From assembly GCA_964036045.1 (NCBI GenBank), contig OZ038378.1, positions 10,664,001 through 10,728,000 of the forward strand: a DNA stretch of 64,000 nt, given 5' to 3'. The notes beneath the pieces were generated by a model that saw only the letters and a program-made list of their open reading frames with translations, was not told where the DNA came from and ran no database searches. Position numbers and translations under genes: made by a program. The DNA is from Eutreptiella sp. 'Long Island Sound 2002'. Its lineage: Eukaryota > Protista > Euglenida. The first letter of the stretch is position 1. Each line of letters begins with the position of its first letter. Positions 51,257 to 61,247 of this stretch are shown piece by piece.

Positions 51257-54200
51257 TCAGTCTGTTGTCCCGTCGTCAGCTTCGCGGGTCATGGCATCAG
51301 AAGAAGGCCCCACGCAGTCATCCTCAAGTACCCGCGAGTCCTCTTCCGCAGGCGGAGAGCGAAGCCGGATGCGGTAGTGCCGAGACGGCCGGACAGCAGA
51401 CGACCTCTCGGCCTGTGTTGCGTCGCCGCCATCCCGGGGTGTGCGGCCCTGCTCCTGCCGCACGCGTCGCTTGCGCTTGCGACCCACCTCCGCAACCCCG
51501 GGGGATGCCTCTGCTGGTGGCTCACCGGCCGTGGTATGGGCCGAACCGTCCCCCAACGAGGCGTCGACGGTGCCGGGGGAGCAAGCACGACCAACGCGAC
51601 CCGGAGAAGAGCTGGATGTTGCCGCGGGTGGGCCCTCGGGGGCAGCGCCTGGGGGGTCGCGCGGTGCAACGCCGGTAATGTCGGTGGGTGCGGCGCCGGG
51701 AGGGCAGCCGACAGGCCCCACCATCGCGGACTCCGGGAGCTGAAGCGAAGTCAGACTCCGCGGGGCGGGCGCTGAGGCCGGGGTGCGGGGGCGCCCAGCC
51801 TTCGGCCCCGCGCCCGGAGAGCCGGGCCCCACGGAGTCCACATCGGAGTCCGAATCACCGGCCGAAGGCAGCGGCCGCTTGGCCAGGGCCCCAGTGTCGA
51901 AGGACAGCGCCTTCGTCGGGTGGGCGCTGCGTACAAGGGCCGCGTCGGTGGCCTCATCGTCGCTGGAGCTGAAGAATTTGTGGTCCTGCGCCGGGCCCTG
52001 CGGCCCCCGCCTCCAGCGGTACTGCCCCGCCCCGTCCCCCTCCCCGTCGTCCTCGGTGTCCCACGCGTCCCAGTCCACGTCGCTGTCCTCCCTCAGCGCC
52101 TCACCCCCACGCGGCCGCAGGTCCCCGTCCTCCGACGTGTCCGTGTCGCCCTCGTCCTCCAACGCGCCGTCCGATTCCGACTCCTCCCGTTTTGTGTAGA
52201 AGTCGAACATGACCAACGTCAGCGTCTCAGTCTCTTCGTCAGTGAGGTCTTGTGGGTGGGCGTGCATGAGGCAACGCCGCAGATGTTGTACCTGAAGGGG
52301 CATGGGTAGAGGCACAGAGGGGGGGGGGGGAGGGAGGGAGGGAGGGGGGGGGGGGGGGTGGATGAGGAAAGGTGCAAAAACGGACTGTGGGGCACCCTGC
52401 GGCTGGGAGGCATCCTGTGGAGGTTTGTTTGAAGTAGTGGGTGCCCCGTTTGGTCTGGTTTGTCACTAAGATCTGGCCTGATCCCACTCGCCTGTGGACC
52501 CCACGGTCACGATATGCGGAGCCATCCTGCTGTCGGAGGGTGAGGACCAACCCCTTCAGTCTGCTGATACCCGGAGCACGCACTGGCCAGTCGGGCTTCA
52601 TCCAGTTGCCCACGTTCCATCTTAGCGTCGCCAGGCTGATAGCCGCGTTCTCGGTCGGAACGGCAGTGTTGCCATTGCTTTGTTTGTTGTCGTCGGCAGC
52701 TTGTTAGAGGGGATTCTGGCATATGTACAGAAATGATTTCGTCCCCCTCCGGGGGGTTTGATCTTGTTGTGGTCCATGATTTGTCAGATCGCGTGCTCGA
52801 TGTTGACGACGTATCTACATCCCGGGTGACGCATCTCCATGCCTGCCCCAGGAATCATCTGTGCAGCCCTCTGTCTTCCACGAGTATCCCAATTGGTTTT
52901 AGGGTGGGAAGCGCGTCTGTCTTTTTGAGAAAGGTCTGCGCACCGCGTATCTAAAACCGCACGTAGGGCCTTTCATAGAGGCGGTCCATGATTTTCTGCA
53001 CATGGCAAAGCAACACAGTCGAAAAAAAAATGAGAAATGAAAAAAAAATTGACGCGTGGAGCCTGTGTTGTTTTCCCGAATACACTTCAACCACGACCTC
53101 CGTCCCTGGGAGTTGGCCGTTCTGGACATGCAGTGGCATCAGTGAGAAATGTTCCCTTGAGGGCCATATTGACTCGAGGGCATCCAGTTGATCCCTAGAA
53201 TGTGGCGTGAACAAGATCCTACTCGGGTGGGGTGGGTCTTGGCGATACGGCCCGTTGGCCTTCCTGTATCTGGATATCTGGATGGGCTCTGTCAGCCCCT
53301 TGCTGTGGATTGGAGTGGCAAAGTGGCCCTCAGCAGACCACAGCTTCAGCACCATTTCAAAGCGGGCGCTGTGGCAGGACGTTGACCAAAGGCACCGGGG
53401 CGCGCATGTAAACGGGTTTGTGCGTGTGTGGTGTGTGTGGACTCAATCATCCACATGTGCAGGCGTCTACCCGCCCCCTTGTGACAGACACTCAGTGGCC
53501 TGGAGGTTTTTTCAACTGCATCAAGGGTCAGTGGGAATCTGCTGGTCAGGGCATCTACTTCTTCATAGAGCTTCGATTCGTTGGGAGGGAAGACAGGGAT
53601 CTTCAGGTCGCCCTGCTGGCAGTGCACTCCAACACAGGCGTGACACTGGGATTATGAAATGGTCCATTTCTCTTGACGCAAGCTGTAGGCTACACCTGAA
53701 CGGCATGGGCTGTACACTCGTGTGTTTCAGTGTGAGAATTGTGGTGCGTTATCACAGTTTGTGGATTGGGTCGTGCAAACCAGACTATTGAGTGTAGGCA
53801 CAGCGCAACCCAGCCCCTCCCAAAAAAATGAGGGAAGTTTTTCTCAAAAAATCGGGCAAAAGTGCGTGACCCAAGAAGACGCGTTGCCGCTCTGCTTTAT
53901 TGAATAGGTCCGAAACATCCAAAAGATCGGAGCACAAAGTTGTGGCCACACTGAGGGAATCGAAGCCCGATTGTGGCGGGGTTGATCTATGCTACACCCA
54001 GGGCTGGTGTAGTAGGCCTGACTGCCAGAGGGGAATTGGCAGAGGCCGCCGATGTGCCACTTCTCTCGGCGGGCCGGAGGGCGCCTGCCCCAAGGGCAGC
54101 CAAGACGCCACTGAACCCGGTCCCGTGGCTCAGCCGTCGTGTCGTAGCCCATCACTCCTGATCAGACCGTGCGGGGGTCGAGCCCCAAGCGGGGCTACGC

Positions 54201-57200
54201 TGTCCGAGGCACTAGTGTGCCTTTGGCCCCGCACACCGGCAGGAGCTCATCCCCACGGTTCACTGGTCCTGGGGGGCGGTCCAGGGGTCGTACCCCCGCC
54301 CTCCGCCTCCCTCAAGTGGGACCCCAGGGCAATGGGGAGTGGGAGGCCGGGGGGCCCGGACCTGCGCTTCAGTGATGGGCTGGCACGGCGTCCGCACGTT
54401 GGTCGGCCCGCACTCCGCTTCTGAGAACGGCCACGGGCGCCACAGGCGCACGTGCCGCTCGACACCCGCGGAGACCAGCATGGGCTCCGCGCGATTCCAG
54501 TCCACGTTGTTGACGATGGACTGGTGGCCCTTGAGCACGTGCGCCGGCGCCTCCACCACGAGCTCCGCGTCGGTGTGCACGCGGCCGCCGTGGTCCGCGC
54601 GCCCCTTGCCCTTGTCCCCGCGCAGCGGCTGCGCGAACACGCGGCGCTTGCTGTGGGACACCCGGAGCCGGTACGGCTTGTCGTCCGCCGGGCACACCGC
54701 GTCCTCCAGGCGCCAGCAGTACACGTGCCAGTTGTCACTGCCGCACACGACGTACTGGTCGTCGTCCCCGGCGAAGGCGGCCGTCTTCTGCGTGACCTAA
54801 CCGCAAGTGGCGGCGGCGGGAGTCGGGGCGGCGGCGGGAGTCGGGGCGGCGGCGGGGGTGGCAGGGGCAGGGGCAGCGCGGGCAGGAGCGAGGGGCGGGG
54901 CAGGGCCGGAGGCACGGGCACCAGCAAAGGCAAGAGTACGGGCAGAGGCAGGCACAGGGGTGGCGACACAAGGCAAGGGCATGGGCAGTGAGAGGGGCAT
55001 AGTCGGCAGGGGCAGGGGCAGAGATGGAGGCGGAGGCAAAGGCAGGGCCCGGCAGCCGAGGGATGGTCTGCAGGAGCAACGGCAGCGGCCGCGGCGGGGG
55101 CATCAATATGGCCAGGCCGCTATGTCTGCATTAGACATAATGCCCGCCGTGCCTGCTCCCCATGGCCTTCATCGCCTACGGTGCACTCATTGGCCGTCAG
55201 TCTACCAACCATCAGTGCCATCAATGCGTCCTGTGCCATGCCCTGTCCACTCCCTACACCCCTACACCAGGCACGCATTGAAGCGGAGGAGGGGGAGGGG
55301 GGGGACCTCCTCCTTAGAATTTTTCCTTCCAATGCGTCCCTGCCCTACACCCGCCCCCCTGTTGCTGCACTGTGTGTTGGCTGACAGCGTAGTGTTCAGC
55401 CTTTATGGACTCTATAGGGTCAGACGTGCTGAGCCATGGGGAGGACGGGAAGCGGGCGGCAGGGGCAGCGGCAGAGGCAAATGGAAGGGGTACCGCAGCG
55501 ATGGGGGCAGAGGTAGGACAGGGGCTGGGCCAAGGAGCAGGTTGCAGGCACCTTGTTGCTGTACCCCGCGGCGTGGAACGCCATCAGGGGGGTCTCGGAC
55601 TGCACGCGGTACAGCAGCGGCACCGCCTTGGACACGCTGCAGACGAAGTGGGTCCCGCGCTGATTGAAGGTGACGCTGTGGATCTCCGGCAGGAACATGA
55701 CCCCCGAGCGGTGCCGGCACACGGCCCCGTACTGCCGCTGCACGCGCTGCTTGCACCGCCGCGCGTTCTCCAGCGACGGCAGTGCGTCGGGCCCGAAAGA
55801 GCGCCGCAGGTCCCACAGGCACACGGCGGAGGCGTCGCACGACAGGAAACAGGTGCGGTTCGTCGGGCAGAAGGCGACGGCCGTGAAGGCATCGAGCCCC
55901 ACAAGGCAGCCCTGAACGCAGTTGGCCAGGGGAAACATCGACGGGAGGGCGTTCGATAAAGGCGGGTGGGCACCCCCCTTGTCCTAACACGGGCAGGTCC
56001 TGGTTCAGGGGGCAAAAGTGCGGTAACACGGGGTCGCCAGGTTTCAGACCTCCTAAGTAGCCGGCACCGAAGTCACCGGCCATTTCCATGGCTAAGCCAA
56101 GCTTCGTAAAAAATTTGTAAAAAAAAACGTTTAAATAAAAACTGTAAAAAACTGTAAAACACTGTAAAAAAACTGTGAAAAAAACTTGCAAAAAAACTGT
56201 TGAAAAACACTTGTAAATCACTGATACACCCTGTCATCCACTTAAAAGTGTCCTGATATTTCTCTCCGATTTTTGTCCATACGTGTAAGGTTTTTCGATT
56301 GTTGATGCACCAATTCAGCAAGAAACCACCATCCACAAACAATGCTGCAGAGGATTGGCGTAAATCAGGGCAGATGGTTGGGTTTTGTTATGTACCTGCC
56401 CAGAAAGATCTTCGCTTTGGATCAAAACCGAGGCCTGCAGCAGCCACTCCTCTGATCGTGCTTCACTTCTGCTATTGTAAATCGATGGTCACCAAAGTCA
56501 CCAAGTGTAAAAAAGCTACCAAACCACCGGTCACCGAAGGTCACCGAAATCCCGGCTACTTAGGAGGCCTGACCGTGTTTGGACAAGCCCGTGTTACCAC
56601 GTGGCAAGTACCATGGAACACATGTTGCAGGCATAAACCAACCCTACCCCTCAAAACATGACCATACAAAGGAACAGGTTAGCGTACACCCCACAACACA
56701 AGAGCACATGAATTACACCCACACCAACACTTCGACACCCATATTGACCCTTCCTGCAGCCTGCGGAAAGCTACAAACCACATTCTCTATTGGGTTGGAA
56801 CCGCAAAAACGATGGTTCCAAAAAGGCCCAAAAGTGCGGAATCACAGAGTCGCCGTGTTTGAACAAGCCCGTGTCAGGAAGGGGGGAGTTGGGGTACGTG
56901 TAGCACAACTGGTGTCTTTTGTGTGACCTGCTGGTGTTGATCAGGGCTTCTCCACCGTGCCCACAAGGAACTAGACATGTGAAATCTGGTGGAAGCACTA
57001 TTGTCATGACGGTACCTTGCCGTACCCTGCAGGCGTACCCTGCAGGCGTACCATACAGCGCTACCAGGCAAACGTGTACAGGACACGCATGAGGTATCAA
57101 GTACGTTGAACACAGGAGTGTTGGGTCTTAGAACAAGGGGGTCACCAGAACGCAGGCGCGCACACAAACACACGCGTTTGCTCCTCCTGAGAGCGGAGGG

Positions 57201-60200
57201 GGAAACGTGCAGTTTTGTGGGTGAGCTGCTCATTACTGCCCCCGTGCCCCCGTGGTGCCCATTCCCCTGCGGGCACCGGAACGTGCAGTCACGCCCAGAA
57301 TCGTTGGGTTCTGAGGGTGTTCCCCACAACATGTGATGTCGCACGTGCAACCCAGGGCCAGGGAGGCGTCGGGGGGACGGGGCGGGGCTGAACCATAAAA
57401 TGAGGTCAAAAATAATGGACCGGTCCGAACTTGCAGCAGAACGCACTTGTCCAAGGTTCGTCGACGCTGAGCCATGCAGCATATGGGCTGTCCGCAAATG
57501 GACCAGCCCTTTTGCCGCCAACCAATCGGCACCCGCCCCGCCTGCCGCACCACGTCCCTCATCACGGACAGTGTCCATGAGCACTTTGCCGTGACGAGTG
57601 ACAAAAGCAGACAATTCCAACCACGACTCACGAAATTGGTCGGGGGGTTGTTCCATACAGGCTGGCTGCCCCTGCCCCTGCCCCTACCCCTGTCCCTGCC
57701 CCTGCCCCTGCCCCTGTCCCTGCCCCTGCCCCTGCCCCTGCCTGTTTGTGCTCCTGCTATTACGCTCTGCCTGTGCCCCTGCCTCAGCTCCTGCCCATGC
57801 CTCGGCCCCAGCTCCGGTCACTGCCGCTTGCTAAGGCCAAAAGGCAACCTGAGCGCGGTCGGAGGCGCGTGCGTCCCAGAGCTTCAGCGTGAAATCGTGA
57901 CTGGCGGACACGAAGACGTCGCTGTTCTCGGGCTGCAGTGAGATCTTGTGCACCGCATCATCGTGCAGGTACCGCCCCACGGGGCTGGACCCGCCCTCAA
58001 CGTCGTACCGCAGGATCTGCCCGTCGTTGCCTGCACTGTAGAGCTGCGTGTTTCCGGTCGCCCACCGCACATCGAACACGTTGGAAGTGTGGCCCTGCGC
58101 GCGTGTGTGTGACATGGGGTACGCCAGATCCACGGGAGGCATGGGGGTGTGGAGGCGACAGTGACATGCGAGGCATGTCGAGTGAAGGGGGCATAGGACG
58201 CCTGGGCTGTGGCAACCCTCTGCAATCTGTACACCCGAAGGACTGCATTCGCAAGGGTCTGAGAAACCTTTGCACCATCACCCCCATCAGCCCCGCGTAT
58301 TGACTTGTGCCCGATGCGGTAGGTCTGGTGGTTGGAGAAGCGGTAGGTCTGGCGGTTACAAGACTGGGGTCGGGCAGTCGGTGGACAGAAGCGGGTGTTG
58401 CTTGAAGGGGTTTCTGCCCCTGAAGCGCATGCCTGGGGTTGGTGGTGTCGGGGTGCTCACAGGGCCCGGGGGGGACATGTGCGTCGCGGCGTTTCCTACT
58501 TCACGTAGTACAATGAATGCGCGAGAGATTGGACACTGAGCCTCAGGTACCCCCCCCCCTTGCGCAAACACGGGCCAGGTTCTGGTTCCAGGACCAAAAG
58601 TGCGGAAACACGGGGTCCCCGTGTTTGGACAAGCCCGTGTTAGCGCGCGGCACGTACTGCGGAACACAAGTTGCAGGCATAGCCCAACCAGTCGTTCATG
58701 ACTATGAACGACAACAGACCGGCATACACCCCAGGGTACAAGAGCACATGGAATTATAGCTGTAGCAACACTTTGTCACCCATATTGACCCTTCCTGCAT
58801 CCTGCACAAAGCTATAAACCACGTTCTCTATTGGATCAGAACCGCAAAAACGACGGTTCAAAAAAAGGACCAAAAGTGCGGAAACACAGGGTCTCCGTGT
58901 TTGGACAAGCCCGTGTGGGGGCGTTGTCGCACGGTGCGCGCACGGTGCGTGCACGGTGCGCGCACGGTTCAATGTTTTTGGGATGGTTGCCCAACTTGTA
59001 CCCCGTTGAATGGCCCCCATAGAAACACACCCAGGGTCCTGATTTCTGCACCTTGCAGTCCATACTGGCATACCAGGACTCTTCAATTTTTAGTCTGATG
59101 CTTGTCACAGGTTCCAGGGTCCTATTTTCTGCACCCTGCAGCCCCTATTGGCGTACCGGGAATTTTTTTTTTTTGAATCTGATGCTTGTCACAGGTTCCA
59201 GGCTCCCAATTTCTGCACCTTGCACGCACCTCCGTAACAAACCATGCACAGGCGACAACACAAGCGACAACACTGGTTGGGTTACGGGAATTTCAATTTC
59301 ATCCGCCACAGCATTCTGGCTCATGATCATCAATTCTAGGGGCTTCAGCTTCCACTTCAGGTAATTGGGGCTCCAGCAAAGCATCCATCGGCGCCTCATG
59401 GTGCATAGGTTGGGGGGAATCGGGGCTCTCAGCAGTCACAATTGCAAACTCCAACCGCTCCTCGGGTGCATGCTCGTACAAGACCTCTTCACCACCCAAT
59501 TCGTACCGAATAGAGACGCGACTCCCACCTCTTGGAGAAGGGTCAACGACAGTGGCCGACACCCTATCCCCGTTGGAGCGGTGGTAGTACACAGGCAGTC
59601 CGGCGACAAGCTAGGGCAGCTCAGATTCAGGCATTGTGGATCTGGTGGACACAGAATACGCAAAAGGATGCACGGTGCGCGCACGGTGCGCGCACGGTGC
59701 GCGCACGGTTCAGGCAACACCCCCTGTTAGCGCAAGGGGAGGGGGGGTACGTGGCGCCGGAGGCCGTGCCCACAACTCATCGACAGAATGCCAAGGCACG
59801 CTGAGGGATCAGCATCACAAATTGTACCAAGACAGATCCCTGAGAAATTCCAGCGGGTGACGACCAACGTCGTTCTGATGGCCAAGGGGGCCCGTTGCGA
59901 AGGGGTAGGGGGGGGGGGGGGCGGGGGGGTTGCAAAAAGTGTGCGTTCTGGCCGGTCGAGCGGGTGTTCTGAGTCAAAGCATGCCTTCGGTCACGGCCCC
60001 CTGTTTCTACCCCCACACCCCACATCCCCAGTGGAATTCTTGACCTGCCCCGCACCCGCTTTGGCACCGCCGCGTCCTCTGCCCCCTCCAGCGCGTCCCT
60101 CACCAGCCCCTTGCCGGTGATAAGATGGTAACGCCGAGGCATGCCCCATGTGGTACCACCAGCGCCATGCGTCAGTTGATCATGTGGAGCGGCATGGGGG

Positions 60201-61247
60201 ACCGGGTAAAACCACCACGGCACCATGAGTGCACTGAAACCCCGGGGGCCCTTTGCGGACCATTGCCGAAGGCAGCACGTTCAGTGCCTGGGGCCTCGCC
60301 CTCGTACGAGTGGCTTACAACGGGCCGCCGTCGCTTCGAAGCCATCCATGAGCCACACACATCCCAAGGGGTTGCTCAAAGGGGCATCATCATCATTCAC
60401 ACGGCCATGGCTTGTGGATTGGATTTCTGATGCTGGGAATACCATCGACAGAACGTAGTCACGAAGCAGATCACCGCCTCAAGGGGCATGAGAATCCAAC
60501 ACGCATTGCCGCAGCCCCACACACACAAAGCCTGCGCGGCGATCCCGTCTGGCGGTTGGTTTTATGACCCAGGCTGTTGTAGTCGAGAGTGCAAAACGAC
60601 ATGTTTCTGAGCCGATTGCAGCGGGACACAGCTCTGTGAAGAGTTTGTTCTGCTCAGAACAGCACCGGGTCTGAGAGTGCCACCCACTTCCATTTGGTCA
60701 AATGTCGTTTGCAGTGAACGTTGCGGCAGTAGGGCCCAGACCCCCAGGACCCGCTTGCGTCGTGTGGGGCGTGTGGAAGCACGGCCTTGTCTAACGAGCA
60801 CGGGATCCCGGTGTGACCGTCGTATTCCCTGAGTTCAGCCGTGCTCACGGAAGGGGGGGGGGGGGGGTCAAAACAGGAGAAGGTGCCGAGAGGCATCCAG
60901 ATCCATCGCACATCCGATCCACATGAGGAGGAGGGGGGGCGGGGGGGGGAGGCATCCACCGTGAACTCCTTCACGGGCCGCTGATGCGCACGGTGCTCGA
61001 ACGCCTCCCACAAGAGCACTCGCTGGTCATCGCTCCCCGAGGCCAACAGGCGGCAGTCGCTGTGGCTGAAGGCAACGCCGTTCACGCAGCCCTTGTGCCC
61101 GGCCAGCCAGCGCGCGTAGGGCAGCCCCCGTTCCTGCAGCACCCCGCCGACGAGCTGCCGCTTCTTGAAGGCACCGGTGATCTCACGGCCCCGGAGGCAC
61201 TGGGCCAGTCCGTACGTGGGGCCTGGGGGGAGGCCCGCATCAGACAT
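51257..61247 (-). CDS. DCAF5: DCAF5/WDR22-like WD40 protein (CUL4-DDB1 substrate receptor family) with acidic low-complexity tail; 5 exons, join(61247-60960, 58094-57849, 55911-55552, 54796-54362, 52291-51257), ~787 aa
   Basis: GHKGCVNGVAFS...LASGSDDQRVLLW, GHTSNVFDVRW...SAGNDGQIL, HDDAVHKISL, GYSNK|VTQKTAAFAGDDDQYVVCGSDNW and VLKGHQSIVNNVDWN...SAGVERHVRLW match my recollection of DCAF5. Four phase-0 GT-AG introns keep the frame. The start could be the ATG at 61259. Confidence 0.85.
55973..56894. mobile_element. MITE family A, copy 1 (~390 bp host interrupted by a hAT-like MITE), in intron 2 of the WD40 gene
   Basis: Homologous to 58550-59747. Ends are inverted: CCCCCCTTGTCCTAACACGGG and CCCGTGTCAGGAAGGGGGG. 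The right boundary is uncertain (56886-56894). Confidence 0.7.
56045..56571. mobile_element. hAT-like MITE (~527 bp), 20-bp TIR CAG[AG]CCTCCTAAGTAGCCGG, A-rich internal repeats
   Basis: TIRs lie at 56045-64 and 56552-71 (1 mismatch). Flanks CCAGGTTT and (A)CCGTGTTT form a degenerate 8-bp TSD. The empty site GGGGTCCCCGTGTTTGGAC is at ~58612. AAAAACTGTA-like repeats run 56105-56215. Confidence 0.8.
57666..57741. repeat. (CCCCTG)n hexamer array (~12 copies); reads (CAGGGG)n on the pre-mRNA strand
   Basis: Seen directly, about 100 nt downstream of the WD40 exon-2 donor. Confidence 0.9.
58917..59724. mobile_element. Non-autonomous PIF/Harbinger-like element, copy 2 (808 bp); TSD TGT
   Basis: TGT lies at 58914-16 and 59725-27. 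The empty target AAGCCCGTGTTAGCGC is at 58631. TIRs and 11-mer arrays are the same as in 36410-37516. Confidence 0.88.
59299..59634 (-). pseudogene. Cargo ORF of the 808-bp element, copy 2 (111 codons; TGG>TAG at codon 8); possible SH3/Tudor-like barrel
   Basis: MPESELP*LVAGLPVYYHRSNGDRVSATVVDPSPRGGSRVSIRYELGGEEVLYEHAPEERLEFAIVTAESPDSP...ECCGG*, preceded by ttttgcgtattctgtgtccaccag|atccacaATG. Confidence 0.6.

Larger units (their letters stand above)
58550..59747. mobile_element. MITE family A, copy 2 (~387 bp after removing the nested element); ~25-bp TIR, TA flanks
   Basis: Left end TA-CCCCCCCCCCTTGCGCAAACACGGG; right end CCCGTGT[insert]TAGCGCAAGGGGAGGGGGGG-TA. It contains the perfect hairpin AAACACGGGG-T-CCCCGTGTTT. 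Confidence 0.75.
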
